Made by a program: the position numbers and the translations under genes
Source of the DNA: an uncultured Gammaproteobacteria bacterium
GTDB lineage: Bacteria > Patescibacteriota > Patescibacteriia > Magasanikbacterales > GWA2-37-8
Length of the DNA stretch: 64,000 bases
Direction of reading: 5' to 3'
Assembly: GCA_964510885.1 (NCBI GenBank)
Contig: CAZEDL010000001.1
Coordinates: 129,310-193,309 of the forward strand
Part shown: positions 7,951-17,098 of the stretch, one piece after another
How the letters are laid out: every line of letters begins with the position of its first letter
How positions within the stretch are numbered: position 1 is the first letter of the stretch
The notes under the pieces: model-generated
The model's input: the letters and a program-made list of their open reading frames with translations, nothing else
The model's database searches: none
Told to the model about the DNA's origin: nothing

Positions 7951-7977
7951 AAAGCGCACCCAACATGCGCTTTTTTA
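7951..7977 (+). terminator. Intrinsic terminator after tRNA-Gln
   Basis: AAGCGCA-cccaaca-TGCGCTT followed by TTTTT. Confidence 0.7.
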
Positions 7978-8043
7978 TATATAGATGTTTTGACCCAGCG
8001 CAAAGAACAGGTTACAATATCTGCTCAATAATTTTTCACCTCT

Positions 8044-9342
8044 ATGTCCACTTCCGCCATCCGCTGCCCCCACTGCAAGAACGAAATCGAACTGACCGAA
8101 ACCCTCACCGGGCATATTAAAACCGAGTTGCAAGCCGAATTTGACACCAAGCAGCGCCTCCAGGCCGAACTGGTGGCCAAGAAAGAACAAGCCCTAAAAG
8201 ACGCCCTCGAAAAACTCGATCAGGAGAAAGCCAGTCTAAAAGAAGCGGTGGATGCCAAGGTCAAAACCGAAAAAGAAAAACTCTGGACCGTAGCCCAAGA
8301 AAAAGCCCAGGAAAAGTTTAGCCTCGAACTACAAGATTTAAAACTCCAGAAACAAGAACGCGATCGCCAGCTTGAAGAAGCGCGTAAAAACGAACTCGAG
8401 CTCCGCGCAGCGGCTAGAGAACTAGAGGAAAAAACTAAAAATCTGGATTTAGAATTAGAGCGCAAACTTGATGCTGAACGCAAAAAAGTTGAAGCAAAAT
8501 TGAAAGGTGAACAAACACAGCTTCTCGACGATAAACTCCGTACCATGCAAGAGGAATTCCGCCTGAAAGAGCTAGAAAAAGATAAGCAGATGGAAATTTT
8601 GAAAAAATCCCTTGACGAAGCCCAGCGTAAATCTGCCCAGGCCTCCATGCAAATTCAGGGTGAAGTGCAAGAAGCAGATCTGAAGCGGCTGCTCGAAACC
8701 AATTTCCCGCTAGATATTATCAGCGATGTACCAACTGGTATCAAAGGCGCAGATTTAGTGCAGACTGTAAAAACCCCTTTCGGGCAGGCGTGTGGTATAA
8801 TTCTCTGGGAATCAAAAAATACCAAGCAATGGAGTGCTGACTGGATAAAAAAAATGAAAGGGGATCAAGGCCTCGCTAATGCCGATGTGTGTATTATTGT
8901 GTCCAAAGTCTTACCCGATACCATCTCCACCTTCGGCTGTCTCGACGGTATTTGGGTGCTTGATGCCGCCTATGCCATACCAGTCACAGCAATGCTGCGC
9001 CAACATCTAATGGAATTAAGCCAAGCAAAAAATTCACTAGTCGGTCAGGAAACCAAAAAAGATTACTTATACGAATATATTTCGAGTCCTCAATTCAAGA
9101 ATCGCCTAGAAAATATTATCATGGGCTTTACCAGTCTAAAACAAGATCTCGAAACCGAAAAACGCTCTATGCAACGCATCTGGAGCAAACGGGAAAAAGA
9201 AATCGAACGGGTGATTATGAGTACCAGCGGGCTCTACGGCGATATGCAGGGCATCATCGGGGCCAGCTTACCAAGCGTACCAATCCTTGAGCTAGACGCA
9301 AGTGAACCAGAGCCTGAGGCGGCAAATCTTACTCTTATCTAA
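8044..9342 (+). CDS. DUF2130-like protein: N-terminal CxxC, long coiled coil, C-terminal PD-(D/E)xK-like nuclease domain (RmuC-related)
   Basis: CPHCKNEIEL at the N-terminus. About 170 aa of E/K/L-rich heptads follow. The C-terminal GADLVQTVKTPFGQACGIILWESKNTKQW...VCIIVSKVLP has a D...E-x-K arrangement. Confidence 0.6.
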   Translation: MSTSAIRCPHCKNEIELTETLTGHIKTELQAEFDTKQRLQAELVAKKEQALKDALEKLDQEKASLKEAVDAKVKTEKEKLWTVAQEKAQEKFSLELQDLKLQKQERDRQLEEARKNELELRAAARELEEKTKNLDLELERKLDAERKKVEAKLKGEQTQLLDDKLRTMQEEFRLKELEKDKQMEILKKSLDEAQRKSAQASMQIQGEVQEADLKRLLETNFPLDIISDVPTGIKGADLVQTVKTPFGQACGIILWESKNTKQWSADWIKKMKGDQGLANADVCIIVSKVLPDTISTFGCLDGIWVLDAAYAIPVTAMLRQHLMELSQAKNSLVGQETKKDYLYEYISSPQFKNRLENIIMGFTSLKQDLETEKRSMQRIWSKREKEIERVIMSTSGLYGDMQGIIGASLPSVPILELDASEPEPEAANLTLI

Positions 9343-9358
9343 ATTAACTTTTTGTCAT

Positions 9359-10381
9359 ATGAAAGCGCTGATACTAACAGCACTGACTGCCCTTGGTTTG
9401 GTGACCACACCTGCCAAACCGGTGAAACCAATTACTGAACCGACTAAAACTACTTCACCGACCGCGACTGCCAAGTCAAAAATGCCTGTCAAATCACAGG
9501 TCACAAAAATAAAGCCTGCCACCAAGCCAACGACTGCCAAGAAAACCGTTCCTGGTGTCAAGAAAGCATCTGATTTAAAAGTGCCCGCCTCAAAAATTAT
9601 TGAGATTGCACTTCCACTCCCTAAAAAAAATAAAACCACACCCGCCAAGGACCGCGATATATCCAATCCCGAGCCTTTCACCATGAGTGAAAATGAAATC
9701 TCCAAAAGTCCGCTCACCGTGGCCGGGGTTTTAGCCTTTACTAACGCTGCAAGGCATGATAATGGCGATATTACTGCACTCAAAGGCAATGCTTTATTAA
9801 ATAAAGTAGCAGGCTTACGTCTCAAAGACATGTTTGACAAACAATATTTTGCCCATGTATCGCCAAGCGGTATCGGGCCGTCTGAAATTGCTGGCGATGT
9901 GGGATACGAATATCTAACTCTTGGTGAAAATATTGCCCGCGGCACTTTTGCTGATGATGCAGCTCTTGTAACTGCCTGGATGAACAGCCCGCATCACCGT
10001 GAAAATATCGTTAATCCCAAATATCAAGAACTAGGTATTGCTGTAGGAGAGGGGACATACGAAGGGCACAGCACGTGGCTAGCGGTGCAGGTATTTGGGA
10101 CAGCTGCCAGCGTCTGCCCCGAACCTGACGAAACGCTAAAAACCAGCATCAATGCTGCAAGTGGCGAAGTTAATACTCTAGCTGAATCAGCTGCTAAAAT
10201 TCAAAGTGAATTAGAAAAATTGAGCCCCAAAACATCTCTTGAAATTGAAAACTATAATGTTAAAATTAACGAATACAATGATCTAGCCCAAAAAATCACT
10301 GCTTTAAATGAATCCATAAAACTAAAAATAAAAACCTATAATGGACAGTCAAACAGTTATAATAAATGCATAAACGGTTAA
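9359..10381 (+). CDS. Secreted CAP/SCP/PR-1 domain protein with Pro/Thr/Lys-rich linker and C-terminal coiled region
   Basis: Signal peptide MKALILTALTALGLVTT. CAP motifs AWMNSPHHRENIVNPKYQELGIAVGEG. Start set to the ATG at 9359 rather than the track's 9302, which overlaps the upstream gene. Confidence 0.75.
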   Translation: MKALILTALTALGLVTTPAKPVKPITEPTKTTSPTATAKSKMPVKSQVTKIKPATKPTTAKKTVPGVKKASDLKVPASKIIEIALPLPKKNKTTPAKDRDISNPEPFTMSENEISKSPLTVAGVLAFTNAARHDNGDITALKGNALLNKVAGLRLKDMFDKQYFAHVSPSGIGPSEIAGDVGYEYLTLGENIARGTFADDAALVTAWMNSPHHRENIVNPKYQELGIAVGEGTYEGHSTWLAVQVFGTAASVCPEPDETLKTSINAASGEVNTLAESAAKIQSELEKLSPKTSLEIENYNVKINEYNDLAQKITALNESIKLKIKTYNGQSNSYNKCING

Positions 10382-10394
10382 ATCTGACTCACCT

Positions 10395-11912
10395 ATGAAA
10401 TATATTGATGGTTTGTTGAACAAGATAACAATGTATCGACTGGTATTATATTGTTTAATCGGCTTGTCAATTATCGCCATCATCTTCGGCTTTGTCGGCA
10501 TCATTTCCTACCGCGGAAGTGAATTGTCGATCTCACTGATTTTACTTCTTGCTATCTGCTCGGCTGTAAATTATGCTTTCGCCAAACTGTATAAGGCACC
10601 AGTAAATATCGAGTCAACTTTTATCACGGCGTACATCTTGTTTTTGATCATGTTTCCAGCTGGCAGTGTGCAGGGAGCTCTATACCTTGCTCTGACTGGT
10701 TTTATTGCGGTGGCATCGAAATATGTCATTGCTCTGAATCATAAACATCTTTTCAACCCAGCTGCTTTTGCGCCCGCGCTGCTAGGGTTTACACCTATCG
10801 GTGGCGCAGCTTGGTGGGTTGGCTCTATGTATCTTTTGCCGCTAACGCTCATTGCCGGCTTGCTAATCGTGCGCAAAATTCGCCGCGAAGTCTTATTTTT
10901 TAGCTGTGTAGTGGCCAGCATAATCACCGTCATAGTTCTCGGTGTAGTGCACGACTCTAATTTACTCGACATCATTAAGCAACACTTCTTATCCTGGCCG
11001 ATAATCTTTTTTGCCGCGGTCATGGTCACCGAGCCGCTCACGACGCCCCCTACCAAACGTTTACAAATCATCTACGGCGCACTCGTTGGCACCATCTCGA
11101 GCTGGCCCTTCCATATCGGCACTATTTTTTCTACCCCCGAACTTACTCTAGTAATGGCCAACTTATTTTCATACAGCGTAAGTTTACGACGACGCCTTAC
11201 GCTGGTGCTTAAAAGCAAACAAGAAATTGCTACGGGCACGTACGAGTTTATCTTTGATCCAGGTTGCACCGTAGCATTTAAAGCTGGTCAGTATCTTGAG
11301 TGGACACTACCGCATGCCAAACCAGACGATCGCGGCAATCGGCGCTATTTCACCGTTGCCTCATCTCCGACAGAGCGGAATCTGCACCTTGGCGTGCGCT
11401 ATGGCGACACGTGCAGCTCCTTCAAACGGGCATTAATGAACCTGGAGCCAGGTGGACACCTCACCGCCGGTCAGTTGGCTGGTGACTTTACCCTTCCCGC
11501 CGACACCACACTACCACTAGTTTTTATTGCTGGTGGTATCGGTATCACCCCATTTCGCAGCATGATCAAGTATCTGCTCGATAAAAAAGAATCGCGCGAT
11601 ATAATTCTTTTCTACACCAACCGGACAGCCGCTGATATCGCCTATAATGACCTTTTCGCCGAGGGAGCTAGGGTATTAAAATTAAAAACTGTCTATATTT
11701 TGACCGAACGCGGAGCCGTACCGGGAGATTGGTCTGGCGAGACCGGTTTTATTACCGCCGATATGATAAAAAAGCATGTCCCAAATTTTTCTAGTCGCCA
11801 ATTTTATCTCTCCGGGCCAAATGGCATGGTTGACTCCTACGCCCAGCTACTCAAAACCATGGGAGTAAATCGCCGACAGATACACAGTGATTACTTCCCG
11901 GGCTTTGCTTGA
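10395..11912 (+). CDS. Polytopic membrane protein fused to an FNR-type FAD/NAD(P)-binding reductase domain
   Basis: About 270 aa with multiple TM helices. The C-terminus has RRYFTVASSP (the FNR R-x-Y-S/T FAD motif), GGIGITPFRSM (NAD(P) binding) and FYLSGPNGMV. Confidence 0.7.
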   Translation: MKYIDGLLNKITMYRLVLYCLIGLSIIAIIFGFVGIISYRGSELSISLILLLAICSAVNYAFAKLYKAPVNIESTFITAYILFLIMFPAGSVQGALYLALTGFIAVASKYVIALNHKHLFNPAAFAPALLGFTPIGGAAWWVGSMYLLPLTLIAGLLIVRKIRREVLFFSCVVASIITVIVLGVVHDSNLLDIIKQHFLSWPIIFFAAVMVTEPLTTPPTKRLQIIYGALVGTISSWPFHIGTIFSTPELTLVMANLFSYSVSLRRRLTLVLKSKQEIATGTYEFIFDPGCTVAFKAGQYLEWTLPHAKPDDRGNRRYFTVASSPTERNLHLGVRYGDTCSSFKRALMNLEPGGHLTAGQLAGDFTLPADTTLPLVFIAGGIGITPFRSMIKYLLDKKESRDIILFYTNRTAADIAYNDLFAEGARVLKLKTVYILTERGAVPGDWSGETGFITADMIKKHVPNFSSRQFYLSGPNGMVDSYAQLLKTMGVNRRQIHSDYFPGFA

Positions 11913-11913
11913 T

Positions 11914-12789
11914 ATGGCCCCCCTTATTTTTTCGTATCAAGCACTCGGCACAGAGTGGCGCATCACCGTTTGGCATGAATTAGAACCCGCTGCCTGGACA
12001 AAGCTTCAAGAACAAATTCTGGCCGTATCGACTAAATTTGATCACACCTACTCACGGTTTATTAAAACTTCGTTTGTGTGGTCAGTTGCCAAGCAGCAGG
12101 GGGCAATTGCCGTGCCAGCAGATTTCATGGCCATGCTACGCTGGTATTTTGACCTTTACCGGCCATCCCACCAAAAATTCTCCCCTCTGATCGGGTTTAC
12201 CCTTAGCGATCTTGGTTACGATGCCGATTATTCGCTCACCGAAAAACCATCTATTCGGCCAACACCGGATCTTGAAAAAACCGTAAAAATTATTGACGAT
12301 TCACATATTCAACTGGCAGAACCGGTGTTGTTTGATTTTGGAGCCCTTGGAAAAGGATACCTAGTAGACAAAATAGCCAGACTTCTAAAAGCCAACGCAC
12401 TTGAGTATTTTTTAGTAGACGGGAGCGGTGATATCAACTACCAAGGCCACCCAGATTTCCCGCTGCGCGTCGGACTCGAAGATCCTGGCGATCCCACCAA
12501 AGTGATCGGGGTACTCGAGCTAAAATCAGGGGCTTTATGCGGTTCAGGAACTAACCGCCGCAAATGGGGGAATCATCATCATATCATCGACCCAAGCACC
12601 GGCCGATCCACCGAGGGAATTGTGGCGGCGTGGATTCTATCTGAATCAGCCACCTTGTCTGACGCCTTGGCCACCACTTTATTTTTGGCTGAACCAGAAC
12701 GGTTCTCACATTTAAATTTTGAATACTGTCTACTTAACAAAGACTATAAAATAAAACGCTCCGCCGGTTTTACGGCAGAGCTATTTTAA
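11914..12789 (+). CDS. apbE: FAD:protein FMN transferase (ApbE family)
   Basis: ApbE core FDFGALGKGYLVDKIARLL...DGSGDI. ATG at 11914 is one nt after the upstream stop. The track's 11887 start overlaps the upstream gene. Confidence 0.8.
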   Translation: MAPLIFSYQALGTEWRITVWHELEPAAWTKLQEQILAVSTKFDHTYSRFIKTSFVWSVAKQQGAIAVPADFMAMLRWYFDLYRPSHQKFSPLIGFTLSDLGYDADYSLTEKPSIRPTPDLEKTVKIIDDSHIQLAEPVLFDFGALGKGYLVDKIARLLKANALEYFLVDGSGDINYQGHPDFPLRVGLEDPGDPTKVIGVLELKSGALCGSGTNRRKWGNHHHIIDPSTGRSTEGIVAAWILSESATLSDALATTLFLAEPERFSHLNFEYCLLNKDYKIKRSAGFTAELF

Positions 12790-12808
12790 GAAGTTATTTT
12801 TTCAGTGA

Positions 12809-13378
12809 TTAGGCGGCGGCTTGTGCTTTGATCTTTACCAAGGCATCCATGAAGCCTTTTGATACCAGCGAAGCTCCATTTACCACACTGAGTGACACAC
12901 TGTCAATCGGCTTGCCAACCACTTGCTCTTTAAAGCCTTCGTTAAAACGATCCTGCATTTTTTGACTGATTGGGTTCTGAGAACTACCGCTAAAAGTAGC
13001 GTCAATAATTTCGCCCGCCTTAACAGTTAATCCGATCATGATTTTTTCCTGACCAGCCGGAGAGACATATACTCCTTCAGCAGAATAAGTGCCGTCAGCA
13101 TACGTTTTCTCTTCTTTAGCTGGGGGCGGAGTTGTTGGCTGGGTAGAAGGGAGACTCGTGCTGTTGTCAGGGGTAGTCGCAACCGGTTCGTTGGTCGGTG
13201 TTTCAGAGCCAGTCGGAACCGTAACATCGATTGCAGGTGCCGCAGGCTGTGCACCACGTTTGGTAAAGAGTCCGATCGCACCGGCAACTACAGCCACCGC
13301 GAGTACTGCACCGACAATTTTTGGAGTATTAGACCCTCCTGCTTTAAACGGAGAATTTGATTGCATCTCTGGGCTCAT
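12809..13378 (-). CDS. Membrane-anchored FMN-binding domain protein (FMN_bind), likely flavinylation substrate
   Basis: N-terminal TM anchor followed by a Pro/Thr linker. C-terminal DGTYSAEGVYVSPAGQEKIMIGLTVKAGEII...IDSVSLSVVNGASLVSKGFMDAL matches the FMN_bind domain with a GAS site equivalent to SGAT. Convergent with apbE. Confidence 0.75.
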   Translation of the reverse strand: MSPEMQSNSPFKAGGSNTPKIVGAVLAVAVVAGAIGLFTKRGAQPAAPAIDVTVPTGSETPTNEPVATTPDNSTSLPSTQPTTPPPAKEEKTYADGTYSAEGVYVSPAGQEKIMIGLTVKAGEIIDATFSGSSQNPISQKMQDRFNEGFKEQVVGKPIDSVSLSVVNGASLVSKGFMDALVKIKAQAAA

Positions 13379-13576
13379 ATCAAAAAGATAGATAATAATA
13401 AATTAATTTTATAAGTGTATCATGTATAGGTGGCGTTTTCAAGTATTTTTCCGCTTATACCTAATACACTCACGCCAAAAAATTTATTTCATTTGGTTAC
13501 CACCGCTTAGGAATGATGAAGCCAAAATCTGAGATGATTACTCACGAAGCTAGTTAATGATTAACATGGCCAAATA

Positions 13577-14308
13577 ATGCGCAAGCATGCTATAGTAATT
13601 CCTCCTATGAATAATTGTAAATTCGTAAATAATGGCCAGTCGTTTGACGTTACTATTCGCGACGATGTAGATGAAAGTGTCATGGCTGAAATACTTACCT
13701 GGCACGAATACCGGTCGGCAGATTCGGTCATTCGTTCAGCACCACACCCAATCATTGATCTCGGAGCACACGCCGGATTTTTTACCCTCTACTGCCGTAC
13801 CCTTAACCAAACTGTCCCGATTATTGCAATCGAGCCTGCCCCGTCCAACCTTAAAGCGTTGCACGCACACCTATCTGCCAATAAAATAATAGGCGTAACG
13901 GTTGTCAAAGCGGCGGTGGGGAGCGTGACTAGGCGCGGTACACTCATGCTTACGAGCGATAGTCATAACCATTATTTATCTGATAAAAAAAGAAATAAAA
14001 CTGAACAAGAAATACCGGTTCAGATTTTTTCCTTATCTGATCTGCGGCGAACGTATAACTTAAACCACGTGTCACTGCTTAAAATGGATATCGAAGGTGG
14101 TGAAAAGGCCATTTTTACTTCTTTAGAAACCGACACACTCACTGGTATCGAAGCCATCATCCTCGAATATCACGATACCGAAGAAAAATTATCCCGTCGC
14201 ATCGAACAAATTCTGCGCGAACACGGTTTCAGTGTCGCCACCCATCCGTCGCGATTTGACCGCACCTTTGGCTTTCTATTTGCCCGTAATAAACGGCTAC
14301 TATCTTAA
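13577..14308 (+). CDS. FkbM-family SAM-dependent methyltransferase
   Basis: IIDLGAHAGFFT (SAM motif I) and LLKMDIEGGE, the characteristic FkbM motif. Confidence 0.75.
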   Translation: MRKHAIVIPPMNNCKFVNNGQSFDVTIRDDVDESVMAEILTWHEYRSADSVIRSAPHPIIDLGAHAGFFTLYCRTLNQTVPIIAIEPAPSNLKALHAHLSANKIIGVTVVKAAVGSVTRRGTLMLTSDSHNHYLSDKKRNKTEQEIPVQIFSLSDLRRTYNLNHVSLLKMDIEGGEKAIFTSLETDTLTGIEAIILEYHDTEEKLSRRIEQILREHGFSVATHPSRFDRTFGFLFARNKRLLS

Positions 14309-14316
14309 AAAGGTCT

Positions 14317-15548
14317 ATGCCGCAAAAAACTTGGCTAGTGGCAGTCGATATGGGCTATGGCCATCAGCGCGCCCTATTTCCACTCCGTGATCTGTCTCCG
14401 ACCGGGAAACTTTTGATAGCCAATAACTACGACGGTATATCGGCAGCAGAAAAGAATCTATGGGATGAGGGCCGCGCTATCTACGAACGAATTTCACGCT
14501 TGAATAATGTACCCCTCATTGGACCAACTCTCTTCGGCCTGTTTGATCGATTTCAAGCCGTGCCAACAAGCCCGCCGCGGGGAATTAACGATCACCCGAC
14601 TCTGCAAGTTCGGCAAAATTATTATCTTATCAAACGCGGGTGGGGGAGAGAATTAATTACTATCTTGAATACAAAATCAATTCCGCTTATAACCAGTTTC
14701 TTCACCGTCGCGTTCATGGCTGAAGAACATGGTTTCAACGGCGAGATCTTCCTCTTAATTTGCGACACAGACATCAGCCGCGCCTGGGCTCCACTAGTGC
14801 CCGCAAAGAGCCGAATTAAATACCTGGCGTCGACAGAGCAAGCAGCCGCTCGCCTAGCTTCATACGGAGTTCCGAAGCATAATATTTTTTTAACCGGCTT
14901 CCCGCTACCCACAGAAAATAGTGAAAAAATTAGCGGGGTACAAAAAATATATGAGGCTCGTTTAAAACGCTTAAAACTATTTGAAAAACAGGGCTTTACC
15001 TCCAAAAATCCACTAACACTTATGTTTGCCATTGGCGGCGCAGGCGCCCAACAATGGATTGCTGGTGACCTAATCAATAATCTAAAGACCCTAATTCGTG
15101 AACAAGAAATTAACCTTCATCTGGTGGCCGGACAAGGCCAGATGCTTATCAATATCTCGAATCGCATCTTAGAGAGGCTAAACTTTATGACCAGATAGGT
15201 AAAACAATTCATATTATCTACAAAGCGGACAAAGACAGCTATTTTAAAGAATTCAACGCGGCTCTCCCAAGCACAGACATACTCTGGACCAAGCCAAGCG
15301 AATTAGTATTCTATGCTGGTCTTGGCCTACCTATTATTATCGCGCCGCCAATCGGCTCCCAGGAAAAAGCCAACGAAGCCTGGCTAACCAGAGCCGGAGC
15401 TGGCCGCAAAGAAGATGCCCCAGATATGTGTGTAGACTGGCTCGACTTGTGGCGGCGGGACGCGGCCTTCTCCACAGCAGCTACCGCTGGCTACGGGCTG
15501 TCTGATCACAAAGCCACTGCCACCATTAAAACGGTTGTTTTTGGCTAA
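14317..15548 (+). pseudogene. GT28-type (MGDG synthase/UgtP-like) glycosyltransferase interrupted by a +1/-1 frameshift near 15100-15198
   Basis: Frame 1 (14317-15198) carries an N-terminal domain with VDMGYGHQRA. The C-terminal domain (PSELVFYAGLGLPIIIAPPIGSQEKANEAWL...GAG) continues in another frame from about 15120 to 15548. Both frames are open across the junction. Confidence 0.5.
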
Positions 15549-15636
15549 AATCATCGTAAAAGCCAGTGTAATACAACCTAGATAGTCGCTTGCCAAGCCT
15601 TGGTTTTTTTATTACACTACTAGTCTAATTAGCGCT

Positions 15637-16041
15637 ATGAACCTCAAACGATACCTAACGTTTATGTCGATCGGCACAGTGTTGTGCTGGATCGCCTGGG
15701 GCTCAATCGTCTATAGCCTTGATCCCACCGCCGGCGGAGCCTTTGCTATTATCTTTTTTTATAGCAGCTTATTTTTAGCTGTTCTCGGCACCGTATCGGT
15801 GGCCGGATTTTTTGGGCGCTGGCTGCTTATCAAACATGATGAAGTAGTCTTTCGCCATGTCCGTCGCACGTTTCGGCAAGCAATTATTGCTGCCACCTTG
15901 GTTGACCTTACGTTGATATTGCTTCATGCTGGGTTACTGCGCTGGTGGAATAGCTTACTATTAATTTTGCTTGGATTCCTAGTAGAAGCGGTATTCTTCA
16001 CGAATCGTAAATATCGTAATCATGATTATGTGGCGCCCTAA
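15637..16041 (+). CDS. Hypothetical small membrane protein
   Basis: 134 aa with four predicted TM helices. Overlaps the mreB start by about 20 nt. Confidence 0.5.
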   Translation: MNLKRYLTFMSIGTVLCWIAWGSIVYSLDPTAGGAFAIIFFYSSLFLAVLGTVSVAGFFGRWLLIKHDEVVFRHVRRTFRQAIIAATLVDLTLILLHAGLLRWWNSLLLILLGFLVEAVFFTNRKYRNHDYVAP

Positions 16042-17077
16042 TGTTTTTCAAAAATTTAGCAAAGAGATCGGCATTGATCTTGGCACGGCCAACACGCTAG
16101 TGTATGTCAAAGGCCGCGGTATTATCATTAACGAACCTAGCATTGTCGCCATCAACACTCGCACCGAACAAATTCTGGCCGTCGGCAGCGAAGCCAAAGA
16201 AATGCTTGGCAAAACACCACCTCACATTGTCACCACCCGTCCACTCACGAATGGTATCATTTCTGATTTTGAGGTCGCCGAAAAAATGCTGCGCTATTTT
16301 ATTGATAAAGTGTACGAAGATAGTGGGCTTAGTTTTTTCACCCGCCCCACCGTAGTGGTAGGGGCCCCGGTTGATATTACTGAGGTAGAACGTAAAGCCA
16401 TCGGCGACGCCGTACTGAACGCCGGTGCTCGCTCAGTTTATATCGTAGAAGAACCAATGGCCGCGGCCATCGGGTCGCGCATGCCAGCTCGTGAACCGGT
16501 CGGCAATCTAATTGTAGAAATTGGCGGTGGCACCTGCGAGATAGCCGTTATTTCACTCAGCGGTATTGCTGCCAAAAAATCAATTAAAATTGCTGGAGAT
16601 GAATTAAACCGAAACATTATCCAGTATGCACGTGACGTCTTCAAGCTCCTGCTCGGAGAACGTCAAGCCGAAGAAATAAAAATAAAAGTTGGCTCTGCTA
16701 TCGAGCTACCAGAACCCCTCGAATTCCCCATGCGCGGCCGTGATCTTGTCACGGGTTTGCCGCGTGAGGTGATGATCAATGACGCTGAAGTGCGCGAATC
16801 AATGATCAAATCTCTGCGCACTATCGTCGATAATATAAAACTTACTATCGAAACTACTCCACCTGAATTGGTAGCCGATATTCACGAACGAGGAATCTTA
16901 TTATCTGGCGGCGGCTCGCTCCTGCGCGGTCTGGATCAGCTTATTTCTAAAGCGGTCGAAATCCCAGTTCGCATTGCCGATGACCCGCTAACATCGGTTG
17001 TTCGAGGTGCAGGGGCACTCCTCGATGACCGTGAACTTCTTGATGAAGTAGCTGTTTGGCCGACCAAACAAAAATAG
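16022..17077 (+). CDS. mreB: Rod shape-determining actin homologue MreB
   Basis: GIDLGTANTLVYVKGRGIIINEPSIVA plus the actin-fold phosphate and adenosine motifs. Confidence 0.9.
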   Translation: MIMWRPNVFQKFSKEIGIDLGTANTLVYVKGRGIIINEPSIVAINTRTEQILAVGSEAKEMLGKTPPHIVTTRPLTNGIISDFEVAEKMLRYFIDKVYEDSGLSFFTRPTVVVGAPVDITEVERKAIGDAVLNAGARSVYIVEEPMAAAIGSRMPAREPVGNLIVEIGGGTCEIAVISLSGIAAKKSIKIAGDELNRNIIQYARDVFKLLLGERQAEEIKIKVGSAIELPEPLEFPMRGRDLVTGLPREVMINDAEVRESMIKSLRTIVDNIKLTIETTPPELVADIHERGILLSGGGSLLRGLDQLISKAVEIPVRIADDPLTSVVRGAGALLDDRELLDEVAVWPTKQK

Positions 17078-17098
17078 TCTGATTTTCGCTGTTATCTC

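Noticed and set aside
8220-8648. Antisense ORFs inside confirmed genes (8220-8648, 9355-9945, 13036-13287, 29548-30135, 40907-41461, 47668-47862, 58330-58746 and others)
   Set aside because: These are shadow ORFs opposite strongly supported genes. They are Ser/Arg-rich or low-complexity translations with no independent signals.
9400-9640. Short periodic repeats that could be mistaken for an array
   Set aside because: They encode a Pro/Thr/Lys-rich low-complexity linker (TKPTTAKKTVPGVKK...) inside the CAP-domain gene. There is no repeat-spacer structure. The same applies to the acidic linker at 27330-27660.
13410-13570. Possible small RNA or riboswitch in the 200-nt divergent spacer between the FMN-binding protein gene and the FkbM gene
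   Set aside because: It has only AT-rich promoter-like sequence and a short TTAATGATTAA palindrome. No convincing structure or motif.
15384-15596. 70-aa minus-strand ORF
   Set aside because: It is antisense to the conserved C-terminal domain of the frameshifted GT28-like gene.
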